From Acidimicrobiia bacterium (GTDB lineage: Bacteria > Actinomycetota > Acidimicrobiia > IMCC26256 > PALSA-610), in assembly GCA_036271555.1 (NCBI GenBank), contig DATBAK010000015.1:1011-65010 (forward strand): 64,000 nucleotides of DNA, in the 5' to 3' direction. Within the stretch, counting starts at the first letter, position 1; every line of letters starts with the position of its first letter. Under the pieces are notes generated by a model, which worked only from the letters and a program-made list of their open reading frames with translations, had not been told where the DNA came from and did no database searches. Positions 1 through 9,785 of the stretch are shown in pieces. The position numbers were made by a program, and so were the translations under genes.

Positions 1-143
1 GCGCGCACTGAGTACGAGCACATCGGCGACACGCAGCTCGGAACCGTTACTGCTGGAACGTGCTCGCGCACGCAAGTCCCGAGCTGGTGGTGTCAAAACC
101 CCCCGCCCGCGGCCTCTGCAGGCCGCCGGAGAGGCGACTGATC

Positions 144-172
144 ATCCTATGGACCCCCGGAGGGGCTGTCAA
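144..172 (-). promoter_or_regulatory. sigma70-type promoter TTGACA-N17-TAGGAT firing out of the window, possibly for an rRNA operon
   Basis: Minus strand TTGACA (172-167), 17-nt spacer, TAGGAT (149-144). The -35 overlaps the tyrS stop. rRNA operons follow tyrS in several actinobacteria, but the target is not visible here. Confidence 0.7.
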
Positions 173-1383
173 ACCGTGGGCGCCATGATCCGGATCCACT
201 TGCGCTTGCCGACCTGGATCTGCGTCCCCCACCACGCCGACGCCGGTTTCACTACGTCCTCGGCAACGGCGCCGGCGTCGACCCGGACCGCGCCATCACG
301 GATCATACGGGCTGCTTCCCGCTTGGAACCAACCAGGCCGGACTCGTGGAGCACGCGGCTCAGCCGGACCTCGCCGTCGTCGGCGAGCTCGTACCCGGCG
401 ATCTCGGTGGGCGCCTTGCCCTCGATGAACACACGGTCGAAGTCGGCCTGCGCCTGCTCCCCCGTGCCGGGCCCGTGGTACAGGTCGGCGACGGTGCGGC
501 CGAGCAGGCGCTTGGCGTCGCGCGGCGAGCGCGCGCCCGACGCGAGCTCGGCGATCGTCTCGTCGATGCGGGCCTGGGGCCACGCCGTCGCGTACTCCAG
601 GTACGTGGGGATGAGCGCGTCCGGGATCGACATGAGCTTCCCGAACTGCTCGGCCGGGGGTTCGGTGAGCCCGACGAAGTTGCCCAGCGACTTCGACATC
701 TTCGGGCCGCCCGAGAGCCCTTCGAGCAACGGCGTCGTGATGACGACCTGCGGCTCCCGGCCCTCCTGCTGCTGGAGCTGGCGGCCGACGAGGAGGTTGA
801 ACAGCTGGTCGGTGCCGCCTAGCTCGACGTCGGCGTCGACCATCACCGAGTCCCAGCCCTGGAACAGCGGATAGAGGAACTCGGTCAGCGAGATGGCCTC
901 GCCCGAGGAGTAGCGCTTGGCGAAGTCGTCGCGCTCGAGCATGCGGGCGACGGTCGTGCGGGCCGTCAGCCGCAGGATGTCCTCGACCTCCATGCGGTCG
1001 AGCCACTCGGAGTTGCGGCGGACCTCGAGCCGGGCGGGGTCGGGATCGAGGATGCGCGTGAGCTGCGCGAGGTACGTGTCGGCGGCCGCGTCGATCTGCT
1101 CGCGCGACAGACGCGGACGGGTGGCCGACCGGCCCGAGGGATCACCGACGCGAGCCGTGAAGTCGCCCAGGATGAGGACGGCGAGGTGGCCGGCGTCCTG
1201 GAAGCGCCGGAGCGTGCGGAGGACGACGGCGTGACCGATGTGGAGGTCGGAGGCGGTCGGGTCGAGCCCCAGCTTGACCCGCAGGCGCTTCCCCGAGGCG
1301 AGCTTGGCGGTCAGCTCCCCGGGCGAGATGACGTCGATCGCGCCCTGGGTGAGCGCGGCGATCCGCTCCTGGTCGCCCGGCAT
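169..1383 (-). CDS. tyrS: tyrosine--tRNA ligase
   Basis: HIGH and KMSKS motifs, GGTDQLFN, C-terminal S4-like domain ending QVGKRK. Confidence 0.97.
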   Translation of the reverse strand: MPGDQERIAALTQGAIDVISPGELTAKLASGKRLRVKLGLDPTASDLHIGHAVVLRTLRRFQDAGHLAVLILGDFTARVGDPSGRSATRPRLSREQIDAAADTYLAQLTRILDPDPARLEVRRNSEWLDRMEVEDILRLTARTTVARMLERDDFAKRYSSGEAISLTEFLYPLFQGWDSVMVDADVELGGTDQLFNLLVGRQLQQQEGREPQVVITTPLLEGLSGGPKMSKSLGNFVGLTEPPAEQFGKLMSIPDALIPTYLEYATAWPQARIDETIAELASGARSPRDAKRLLGRTVADLYHGPGTGEQAQADFDRVFIEGKAPTEIAGYELADDGEVRLSRVLHESGLVGSKREAARMIRDGAVRVDAGAVAEDVVKPASAWWGTQIQVGKRKWIRIMAPTV

Positions 1384-1412
1384 GGGCGCAGGCTAGCCCT
1401 GGCCTCGCACTG

Positions 1413-3785
1413 ATGTTGCTCCTGAGCGACAATGGTGCCGATGTGACTGGTGTGACTGTCGACGGCAGCGCGGGAGTGGCGAACCGGTCCCGGTCTCGGG
1501 GTCGGGGTCGTCGGCGCGCGCTCCCGATCGGGCTCGCGATCGCGCTGCTCGTCGCGACCGCGGCCTGCAGCTACACCGCCGACCTCTCGAAGCTGACCTC
1601 GGCGGTCCCCGACCAGTCGTCGGTCGTCCTCGCCGCCGACGGCAGCGTGCTCGCGCGGCTCGACGCCGGGATCCACCGCACCGACGTTCCCTTGAGCAAG
1701 GTGTCGCCGAACCTGCAGCACGCGGTCATCGCGATCGAGGACCACCGCTTCTACGAGCACCCCGGCGTCGACGTCCACGCGATGCTGCGCGCGCTCCGCA
1801 CCGACATCGACAAGGGCGAGATCGCGCAGGGCGGCTCGACCATCACGCAGCAGTACGTCCGCAACGTGATGCTGAACGATCAGAAGACCGTGCACCGCAA
1901 GCTGCGCGAGGTCACGCTCGCGGTGCAGCTCGAGCGGAAGTTCACGAAGCACCAGATCCTCGAGCACTACCTCAACCTCGTCTACTTCGGCAGCGGCTCC
2001 TACGGCGTGCAGAGCGCGGCGGAGCGCTACTTCGGAGTGCCCGCGAGCAACCTCACGCTGACCCAGGGCGCGCTCATCGCCGGTCTGATCCAGGCACCGG
2101 AGGGCTACAACCCGTTCGTCGTGCCGCAGGCCGCACTCACGCGCCGCAACGTCGTGCTCGACAAGATGGCCGAGTACGGATACGCGACGAAGGCCGTCGT
2201 CGCCAAGGCGAAGACCGAGCCCCTCGGGCTGCACCCGCAGCCCGCCGACGACGAGATGCGCGCGCCGTACTTCGTGGCCGAGGTCGAGCAGTTCGTGCTG
2301 AGCCACAAGCAGTTCGGCGCGACGATCGACGCGCGCCGTCACCTCCTCTACACGGGCGGGCTCGTGATCCGAACGACGCTCGATCCCGCGCGCCAACAGG
2401 AAGCCGAGAGCGCGCTGAACCACGTGCTCGTCGATCCCGCGCAGGACCCGTCGGGCGCGCTCGTTTCGATCGACCCGCGCAACGGCCACGTCGAGGCGTA
2501 CGTCGGCGGCCGGGACTTCTACGGCTCCGAGCCGTACGCGCAGTTCGACCTCGCGGGTCAGGGTCAGCGCCAGGCCGGCTCCGCGTTCAAGCCGTTCGTG
2601 CTCGCGGCCGCGCTCGAGGACGACGTCCCGCTCACGCGCACCTACGCGGCGCCGAAGACGCTCACGATCACCTCGCCGGGGCAGGAGCCGTGGGTGCTGC
2701 ACAACTACGACGGCACCGGCGGCGGCCACATGAACCTCGTCGACGCGACCGTGCACTCGGTCAACACCGTCTACGCGCAGCTCATCGAGGACATCGGACC
2801 GCAGCGCGTCGTCGACCTCGCGTCGCACGTCGGCATCCGCTCGCCGCTCACGCCCTACCTCTCGACGGCGATCGGATCGAACGCGGTAACGGTGCTCGAC
2901 ATGGCGTCGGCGTACACGAGCTTCGCGGCCGACGGGATCCACAACGACCCGGTGTTCGTCACGAGCGTGGTCGCGCCGAACGGAAACGTGCTCTACCGCT
3001 CGCAAACGGACTCGCAGCGCGTGCTGCCGACGTCGATCGCGCGCGAGGTCAACGGCGTGATGCAACAGGTCGTGACGCGCGGCACCGGCATCAACGCGCG
3101 CATCGGACGTCCGGTCGCGGGCAAGACCGGTACCGGCGAGAACTGGAAGGACGCGTGGTTCGTCGGCTCGACCCCACAGCTGACGACCGCGGTGTGGGTC
3201 GGGTACCCGCAGAAGGAACTGTCGATGGTGCCGCCCCGCACCCGCGAGAAGGTCACCGGCGGTACGTGGCCCGCGCAGATCTGGGGGCTCTACGAAGGCG
3301 CCGCGCTCGCAGAGGTTCCGATCGCGCAGTTCCCGACTCCCGATGTCGGCACCGTCACGACCGAGCCCCCGAGCCCGCCGGTCGCCGATGTCGTCGGCAT
3401 GCCGTTCAACCAGGCGCAGCAGGTGCTCACCGACACCGGCTACCGCGTCGCCCGGGTCGACGTCGCGAGCCGGCAGTACCCGCCGGGCGTCGTCGTCGCG
3501 CAGGACCCCGTCGGTCACACCGCGTCGACGCGAGGCGCGCTCGTGACGCTCAAGGTCGCGAACGGACCACCGCAGACGGTCACGGTGCCGACCGTGCTCG
3601 GACTGCTCGGCGACCAAGCGAGCGCGACGATCGGCGCGCATCTCCTGCACGCGCGGATCATCGTGCAGGCCGCGCCCCCGCCGAACCCCGCGTCGCTCGC
3701 GGGGCGGGTCTGGAAGCAGTCGCCCGTCGGCAATTCCGAGGTCGACGCCTACGGCACCGTGACCATCTGGGTCAACCCGTCGTAG
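1413..3785 (+). CDS. class A penicillin-binding protein (transglycosylase/transpeptidase) with C-terminal PASTA-like domains; start uncertain
   Basis: EDHRFYEH and QGGSTITQQ (transglycosylase); GSAFKP, SVN and KTGT (transpeptidase); two PASTA-like repeats. Confidence 0.92.
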   Translation: MLLLSDNGADVTGVTVDGSAGVANRSRSRGRGRRRALPIGLAIALLVATAACSYTADLSKLTSAVPDQSSVVLAADGSVLARLDAGIHRTDVPLSKVSPNLQHAVIAIEDHRFYEHPGVDVHAMLRALRTDIDKGEIAQGGSTITQQYVRNVMLNDQKTVHRKLREVTLAVQLERKFTKHQILEHYLNLVYFGSGSYGVQSAAERYFGVPASNLTLTQGALIAGLIQAPEGYNPFVVPQAALTRRNVVLDKMAEYGYATKAVVAKAKTEPLGLHPQPADDEMRAPYFVAEVEQFVLSHKQFGATIDARRHLLYTGGLVIRTTLDPARQQEAESALNHVLVDPAQDPSGALVSIDPRNGHVEAYVGGRDFYGSEPYAQFDLAGQGQRQAGSAFKPFVLAAALEDDVPLTRTYAAPKTLTITSPGQEPWVLHNYDGTGGGHMNLVDATVHSVNTVYAQLIEDIGPQRVVDLASHVGIRSPLTPYLSTAIGSNAVTVLDMASAYTSFAADGIHNDPVFVTSVVAPNGNVLYRSQTDSQRVLPTSIAREVNGVMQQVVTRGTGINARIGRPVAGKTGTGENWKDAWFVGSTPQLTTAVWVGYPQKELSMVPPRTREKVTGGTWPAQIWGLYEGAALAEVPIAQFPTPDVGTVTTEPPSPPVADVVGMPFNQAQQVLTDTGYRVARVDVASRQYPPGVVVAQDPVGHTASTRGALVTLKVANGPPQTVTVPTVLGLLGDQASATIGAHLLHARIIVQAAPPPNPASLAGRVWKQSPVGNSEVDAYGTVTIWVNPS

Positions 3786-3804
3786 TCACGGTTTGTCATG
3801 GTCA

Positions 3805-3880
3805 TGGTCGCGCTCGCTTCGCTCGCCGCTCCGGGACGCGGGACGGGAGCGAGCCCGGGCCGGCCGGCTCGCTTCGCTCG
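3805..3880 (+). repeat. REP-like repeat, family B
   Basis: TGGTCGCGCTCGCTTCGCTCGCCGCTCCG..ACGCG.GACGGGAG.GAGCC; related copies at 20331, 25050 and 28683(-). Confidence 0.8.
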
Positions 3881-3888
3881 GTGCCTCT

Positions 3889-3977
3889 GTCGGGCTCGCA
3901 GGCGTCGCCCTCCTCGGCGCCTCACCTGACGGCTCGGACGGGCCGCGAAACCGACCCGTCCGTTCCTGCGGGAACGA
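3889..3977 (+). repeat. REP-like repeat, family A (hairpin tail A1)
   Basis: GTCGGGCTCGCAGGCGTCGCCCTCCTCGGCGCCTCA core plus a CGGACGGG..CCCGTCCG hairpin; 7 copies in the window. Confidence 0.85.
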
Positions 3978-3990
3978 TGCACTCCGCAAC

Positions 3991-4578
3991 TCAACGCGAC
4001 ACGTTCGGGTCGCCGGTGACGAAGTAACGCCAGGGGAACTGCTCGCCCTTGCCGACGGAGAGGCCGATGCGCGTCGAGACTCCGGGGCGCGCCGGTGGTT
4101 CGAGCCCGTCGTCGACGATGCGGAGCGGACCGCGGACGAGGTCGTCACCGTCGAACGTGCGGTCGAGGCCGAACGACTGCGCGAGGCGCGCGGGACCCGA
4201 GCAGAGATCGCGGTCGCGCCGCGCCGCGGGACGGCGCGCGCGCATCAGGTCGAGCCCCGCGATGGGCACGCCGGCGCGCAGCAAGACCGCGTGCGGCACG
4301 CGGCCCGGACCGCACACCGCGTTCGCGCACCAGTGCATGCCGTACGTGAAATAGACGTACAGGTGACCGGGCGGACCGAACATCGTCGCGTTGCGCGCGG
4401 TCGGGCCGCGGTACGCGTGACTGCCGGGATCGTCCGAGCCGCAGTACGCCTCGACCTCGACGATGCGCGCCGCGACCCGGGCCGCACCGCGACCGGTGAC
4501 GAGCAGCTTGTTGAGCAGCTCGGGTGCGACCGTGCGCGCGTCCCGGTCGTAGAACGCTCGCGGGAGCGCGCGCGTCAC
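3991..4578 (-). CDS. mpg: DNA-3-methyladenine glycosylase (MPG family)
   Basis: IVEVEAY, YVYFTYGMHWC and LCSGPARL motifs; GTG start overlaps the argH stop. Confidence 0.93.
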   Translation of the reverse strand: MTRALPRAFYDRDARTVAPELLNKLLVTGRGAARVAARIVEVEAYCGSDDPGSHAYRGPTARNATMFGPPGHLYVYFTYGMHWCANAVCGPGRVPHAVLLRAGVPIAGLDLMRARRPAARRDRDLCSGPARLAQSFGLDRTFDGDDLVRGPLRIVDDGLEPPARPGVSTRIGLSVGKGEQFPWRYFVTGDPNVSR

Positions 4579-5981
4579 GACGCGAGCCAGGCCCGCTCCT
4601 CGACGAGGCATTGCTGCGCGAGCGCGACCTGCGCGACGACGGCCTTCGGACCCGCGCCACCGGGAGTGAGCCGGCGCTGCACCCCCGCGCCCGGTGCGAG
4701 GAGCGTGAGCGCCTCCGGACCGAGCCGGGGATCGGTGGCGACGAGCTCCTCGAACGGAACCCCCCGCTCGATCGACTGGCGCACGAGCGTGCCGACCGCC
4801 GCGTGCGCCTCGCGGAACGGCATGCCCCCGCTCACGAGGTGCTCGGCGAGATCGGTCGCCGCGGTCATCGAGCTGTCGGCGGCCTCGGCCATGCGCTCGT
4901 CGACGAACACGACCGCGTCGTAGAGACCGCTGAGCGCGAGCAACGACAGCGCGCAGGTGTCGAGCGCGTCGAACAACGGCTCCTTGTCCTCCTGCAGATC
5001 GCGGTTGTACGCGAGCGGCAGACCCTTCAGCGTCGTGAGGAACCCGACGAGGTCACCGATGACCCGCCCGGCCTTGCCGCGTGCGAGCTCCGCGATGTCG
5101 GGGTTCTTCTTCTGCGGGAGCATCGACGAGCCCGTCGAGTACGCGTCGGGCAGGCGGATGAAGCCGAACTCGTCGGTCGCCCACAGCACGATCTCCTCAC
5201 CCATGCGCGACAAGTGAGTCTGCGTGAGCGCAATCACGAACAGCGCCTCGGCGACGAAGTCGCGATCCGACACGGCGTCGAGCGAGTTCTCGAACGGCCG
5301 CGCGAACCCGAGGTCCGCCGCGACGTCGGCCGGCGCGAGCGGGAGGCTCGAGCCCGCGAGCGCGCCCGCACCGAGCGGCGATACCGACGCGCGTTCGAGC
5401 GCATCGCGCCAGCGGTCGACGTCGCGCGCCAGCGCCCAGAAGTGCGCGAGCAGATGGTGCGAGAGCATGACCGGCTGCGCGCGCTGCATGTGCGTGTAAC
5501 CCGGCAGGTACGTGTCGCCCGCTTCCTCGGCCCGGCGGAGCAGGACGTCCTGGAGCGCCACGATCCGCTCGACCTGCTCGCGACCCACGCGGCGCAGGAA
5601 GAGGCGGAGGTCGAGGGCGACCTGGTCGTTGCGGCTGCGACCGGTGTGGAGCTTCGCGCCCGCCGAGCCCGCCATCTCGGTGACGCGGCGCTCGATCGCG
5701 GTGTGAATGTCCTCGTCGGTCGGCGCGAACGCAAATGCACCCGAGGCGAGCTCGGACGCGACCGCGTCGAGCGCGCGTTGGATCGCGTCGTGCTCTTCGG
5801 CGTCGAGCAGGCCGACACGGTGGAGCATCGCGACGTGCGCGCGCGAACCCCGCAGGTCGTCGGACGCGAGGCGGATGTCGAACGGGAGACTGACGGTGAA
5901 CGCGAGGAGCTCGTCGCTGGGCGCCTCTGCGAACCGTCCGTGCCAGAGCGTGCGTCCGTCGGCGGCTTCGGTGGGACCCAT
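4575..5981 (-). CDS. argH: argininosuccinate lyase
   Basis: LWHGRF, GRSRNDQ and GSSMLPQKKNPD signature. Confidence 0.97.
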   Translation of the reverse strand: MGPTEAADGRTLWHGRFAEAPSDELLAFTVSLPFDIRLASDDLRGSRAHVAMLHRVGLLDAEEHDAIQRALDAVASELASGAFAFAPTDEDIHTAIERRVTEMAGSAGAKLHTGRSRNDQVALDLRLFLRRVGREQVERIVALQDVLLRRAEEAGDTYLPGYTHMQRAQPVMLSHHLLAHFWALARDVDRWRDALERASVSPLGAGALAGSSLPLAPADVAADLGFARPFENSLDAVSDRDFVAEALFVIALTQTHLSRMGEEIVLWATDEFGFIRLPDAYSTGSSMLPQKKNPDIAELARGKAGRVIGDLVGFLTTLKGLPLAYNRDLQEDKEPLFDALDTCALSLLALSGLYDAVVFVDERMAEAADSSMTAATDLAEHLVSGGMPFREAHAAVGTLVRQSIERGVPFEELVATDPRLGPEALTLLAPGAGVQRRLTPGGAGPKAVVAQVALAQQCLVEERAWLAS

Positions 5982-7189
5982 CACGACGCCCCAGGTCCCT
6001 GGCGACGCGACCACGTCTCGACCGACAGCCCCCAGAGCCGCACGAACCCGGCCGAGTCCTCGTGGCGGAAGGAGTCCTCCGCGTCGTACGTCGCGAGATC
6101 GTGGTCGTAGAGACTGCGCGGTGCGCGCCGGCCGACCGCGTCGCAGCGCCCGGCCTCCAGTCGCAGCCGCACCTCGCCGGTCACGTGCTCCTGTGTCGAG
6201 ACCATGAACGCGTCGAGCGCACGCATGAGCGGCGAGTGCCACAGGCCGTCGTAGATCAGCTCCGCGACACGAATCTCGAGCCGTTGCTTCTCGCGCGCGA
6301 CGTCGCGCTCGAGCGTGATGCCCTCGAGGTCGCGGTGCGCGGCGATCAGCGCGATCGCGGCCGGACATTCGTACACCTCGCGGCTCTTGATGCCGACCCG
6401 CCGGTTCTCGACCATGTCGATGCGACCGAAGCCGTACGCGCCGACCCTCGGACCGAGGCGGCCGATCAGCTCGACGAAGTCGACGCGATCGCCGTCGATC
6501 GCGACGGGCACGCCTCTTTCGAACTGCAGCACGACCTCCGCGGGCGTCGACGGCGCGTCGCGCACGTGCGCGGTCATCGTGTACGGCTCTTCGGGCGCGT
6601 TCGACCAAGGGTTCTCGATCACACCGCACTCGATCGCGCGTCCCCACATGTTCTCGTCGATCGAGTAGAGCTTCTCCTTCGTGGCCGAGATCGGGATGTC
6701 CCACTTCTCGGCGAGGTCGATGCATTCGGCGCGCGTCAGGCCCCACACGCGGGCGGGCGCGAGCACGTCGAGGTCGGGCGCGAGCGCGCGCGTCGAGACC
6801 TCGAAGCGCACCTGGTCGTTGCCCTTGCCCGTGCAGCCGTGCCCGACCGCGTCGGCGCCGTGGCGACGCGCGGAGGCGACGAGGTGCTCGACGATCACCG
6901 GCCGCGACAGCGCGGACACGAGCGGGTACTTGCCCTCGTACAGCGCGTTGGCGCGCAACGCGGGCATGAGGAAGTGGTCGGCGAAGTCGGCGCGTGCGTC
7001 GATGACCTCGACCTCGACCGCGCCCGCGGCCTCGGCGCGCTCACGGATCACCGCTTCCTCGCCTGCGACGAGCTGGCCGACGTCGACCGCGCACGCGACG
7101 ACCTCGACGCCCCACTCCTCACGCAGCCAGCGCACCGCGACCGAGGTGTCGAGCCCACCCGAGTACGCCAACACGACTCGCTTCGCCAC
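5981..7189 (-). CDS. argG: argininosuccinate synthase
   Basis: LAYSGGLDTS, HGCTGKGNDQVRFE and ENRRVGIKSRE. Confidence 0.97.
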   Translation of the reverse strand: MAKRVVLAYSGGLDTSVAVRWLREEWGVEVVACAVDVGQLVAGEEAVIRERAEAAGAVEVEVIDARADFADHFLMPALRANALYEGKYPLVSALSRPVIVEHLVASARRHGADAVGHGCTGKGNDQVRFEVSTRALAPDLDVLAPARVWGLTRAECIDLAEKWDIPISATKEKLYSIDENMWGRAIECGVIENPWSNAPEEPYTMTAHVRDAPSTPAEVVLQFERGVPVAIDGDRVDFVELIGRLGPRVGAYGFGRIDMVENRRVGIKSREVYECPAAIALIAAHRDLEGITLERDVAREKQRLEIRVAELIYDGLWHSPLMRALDAFMVSTQEHVTGEVRLRLEAGRCDAVGRRAPRSLYDHDLATYDAEDSFRHEDSAGFVRLWGLSVETWSRRQGPGAS

Positions 7190-7201
7190 GAACGTTCCTT
7201 C

Positions 7202-7681
7202 CTAGAGGCCGGCGAGGCCGGCGAGCTTGGCGGCCACGCTCGCGCCGCTGACGGTCTCCGCGCACACGAGCAGGACGGTGTCGTCGCCGGCCACGGTGCC
7301 GAGCACACCCGCGACCCCGCCGCGGTCGATCGCGGAGCCGACGACGTGCGCGCTGCCCGGTGGCGTTCGCAGCACGACGAGGTTCTGGCTGTGCGCGACC
7401 TCGACGACGAACTCCCCCATCAGCCGGCGCAGATGGTCGTCGGAGCCGCTGAGGCGCTCCTTGGTGTACTCGGGAATCGCGTACGCCATCGCGCCGCCGG
7501 GGATGCGGACCTTCACTGCGCCGAGCTCTTCGAGGTCGCGGCTCACCGTGGCCTGTGTCGCGACGACGCCGTCGGATTCGAGCAGCGCGACGAGCTGCGC
7601 CTGGCTCGACACCGGCTGCTCCTCGAGGACCCGCAGGATCCGGTGCTGTCGCTGTGGTTTGCCGAGTGTCGCCACGCTCAC
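7202..7681 (-). CDS. argR: arginine repressor
   Basis: TQATVSRDL helix-turn-helix and GTVAGDDT; GTG start overlaps the argF stop. Confidence 0.95.
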   Translation of the reverse strand: MSVATLGKPQRQHRILRVLEEQPVSSQAQLVALLESDGVVATQATVSRDLEELGAVKVRIPGGAMAYAIPEYTKERLSGSDDHLRRLMGEFVVEVAHSQNLVVLRTPPGSAHVVGSAIDRGGVAGVLGTVAGDDTVLLVCAETVSGASVAAKLAGLAGL

Positions 7682-8586
7682 CCCTCCTCGAGCAGGTCGA
7701 CGAGCGCGGCGCGCGCCACGTGCAACCGGTTCGCCGCCTGCTCCCACACCAGCGACGCGGGTCCGTCGATCACGCTCGCGGCGACCTCTTCGCCGCGGTG
7801 CGCGGGCAGGCAGTGCAGGAAGCACGCGCCGGGATCGGCGACCGCGAGCATCGCGTCGTCGATCGTGTAGCCCGCAAAGCTCGCGAGGCGCGCGGCGCGC
7901 TCGTCCTCCTGCCCCATCGACGTCCACACGTCGGTGTAGAGCGCGTCGGCACCGCGCGCGGCGTCGTACGGGTCGCTGACCTGCTCGACGCTTCCGCCGA
8001 GGTTGCGCGCGCCCTCGATGATCGGGTCGGGCAACTCGAAGCCACTCGGCGACGCGATGACGAGCTCGAGCCCGCTCAGCGCGGCCGCGTAGGCGAGCGA
8101 CGCGGCGACGTTGTTGCCGTCGCCGATGTACGCGAGGCGCCGGCCCTCGACCGAGCCGAACCGGTCGCGCAACGTGAGCAGGTCGGCGAGCGCCTGGAGC
8201 GGATGCGCGCGATCGGACAGCAGGTTCACGATCGGTACGTCGACTGCATCCGTCATCTCGACGAGCGACAGGTGATCGAACACGCGCGCCGCGATCACGC
8301 ACGTGAAGCCGGCGAGCGTGCGCGCGACATCGGCGACGCTCTCACGCGTACCCATGCCGACCTCGACGCCCTGGAGCACGACCGCGTGGCCGCCGAGCGC
8401 GACGACGGCCATCTCGAACGACGTTCGGGTGCGGGCAGACGGCTTCTCGAACACGGCCGCGACACCGCGCCCGGTGAGGGGCTTGGGGATCGAGGCCGGG
8501 TCCTTCCGACCGCGCTCGGCTTCGTCGAGGATGCGCGTGAGCCGCGCCGGGTCGAGGTCGTCGATCTCGAGCAGGCTGCGGGTCAC
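7678..8586 (-). CDS. argF: ornithine carbamoyltransferase
   Basis: FEKPSARTR, HPLQALAD, DVWTSMG and HCLP. Confidence 0.96.
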   Translation of the reverse strand: MTRSLLEIDDLDPARLTRILDEAERGRKDPASIPKPLTGRGVAAVFEKPSARTRTSFEMAVVALGGHAVVLQGVEVGMGTRESVADVARTLAGFTCVIAARVFDHLSLVEMTDAVDVPIVNLLSDRAHPLQALADLLTLRDRFGSVEGRRLAYIGDGNNVAASLAYAAALSGLELVIASPSGFELPDPIIEGARNLGGSVEQVSDPYDAARGADALYTDVWTSMGQEDERAARLASFAGYTIDDAMLAVADPGACFLHCLPAHRGEEVAASVIDGPASLVWEQAANRLHVARAALVDLLEEG

Positions 8587-9785
8587 GAGGCCGCTCCGCT
8601 CGCCGCGAGGACGCCCGCCAGGAGCGTGACCGCTTCATCGATCTCGGCGTCGGAGACGGTGAGCGGCGGTGCGAATCGCAACGCCGTCGGCGTCACCGCG
8701 TTGACGACGAGGCCCGAGTCGAGACACGCACGCGTGATCGCGGCCGCGTCCAAGCCGTCGACGAGCTCCGCGGCGATCAACAGCCCGAGCCCGCGCACCG
8801 CGCGCACCTGCGGCAGCGCGTCGAGCGCGCGCATCAACCGCTCTCCCGCGCGCGCCGCCAGCGCGGGCGCGTCGATCGCGAGCATCTCATCGAGCACCGC
8901 TCGCGCCGCGCTCGTCGCGAGCGGCTGGCCACCGAAGGTCGTCGCGTGATCCCCGGGTGCGAACGCGGACGCGACCTCGGCGCGAGCCCAGCACGCGCCG
9001 ATCGGTACGCCGTTCCCAAGCGCCTTCGCCATGGTGACGATGTCGGGCGCGATGTCGGCGTGCTCGAACCCGAACCAACGGCCGGTGCGACCGAGACCGG
9101 TCTGCACCTCGTCGACGATCAGCAACGCCTCGCGCTCGTCGCACAGCCGGCGCACCGCGCGCAGGTACTCGGGCGACGCGGGCTGAACCCCGCCTTCGCC
9201 CTGCACTGCTTCGAGCAGCACCGCGCAGACGCGGCCGTCGAGCGCACCCGCGAGCGCGTCGAGGTCGTCGAAGAGCACCTGGCGGAAGCCGTCGGGCAGG
9301 GGCTGGAACGTCTCCTGCTTCTGCGGCTGCCCGGTCGCCGCGAGCGTCGTGAGCGTGCGTCCGTGGAACGATCCGTACGCGGAGACGACGTGGTAGCGAT
9401 CCCGTCCACCGTGCTGTTGGCCGTAGCGGCGCGCGAGCTTGATCGCGCACTCGTTGGCCTCGGCTCCGCTGTTCGCGAAGAAGACGCGGCCACCGCCGCC
9501 GAGGAGCCGGTCGAGCGTCGCCGCGACCGGCGCCTGGTGCTCGGTGTGGAAGAGGTTCGAGGTGTGGAGCAACGTCGCCGCCTGCTCCGCGATCGCAGCC
9601 GCGACCGCAGGATGCGCGTGCCCGAGCGACGTGACCGCGAGACCGGACAGGAAGTCGAGGTAGCGGCGACCCTCGGCGTCGAACAGCTCGGTGCCCGAGC
9701 CCCGCACGAACTCGACCGGGAACCGGCCGTACGTGCCCATCACGTGCTCCGCGTCGAGCGCGATGAGGTCCATCGTCACGGTCAC
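8583..9785 (-). CDS. argD: acetylornithine aminotransferase
   Basis: NSGAEANE, FHGRT, DEVQTG and AKALG (class III PLP enzyme) within the arg operon. Confidence 0.95.
   Translation of the reverse strand: MTVTMDLIALDAEHVMGTYGRFPVEFVRGSGTELFDAEGRRYLDFLSGLAVTSLGHAHPAVAAAIAEQAATLLHTSNLFHTEHQAPVAATLDRLLGGGGRVFFANSGAEANECAIKLARRYGQQHGGRDRYHVVSAYGSFHGRTLTTLAATGQPQKQETFQPLPDGFRQVLFDDLDALAGALDGRVCAVLLEAVQGEGGVQPASPEYLRAVRRLCDEREALLIVDEVQTGLGRTGRWFGFEHADIAPDIVTMAKALGNGVPIGACWARAEVASAFAPGDHATTFGGQPLATSAARAVLDEMLAIDAPALAARAGERLMRALDALPQVRAVRGLGLLIAAELVDGLDAAAITRACLDSGLVVNAVTPTALRFAPPLTVSDAEIDEAVTLLAGVLAASGAAS

Noticed and set aside
91..96. Second TTGACA on the minus strand as a tandem promoter
   Set aside because: No acceptable -10 hexamer at 16-18 nt spacing.
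1384..1412. T-box leader for tyrS (or for pheS)
   Set aside because: No room: tyrS looks leaderless and pheS overlaps the upstream methyltransferase gene.
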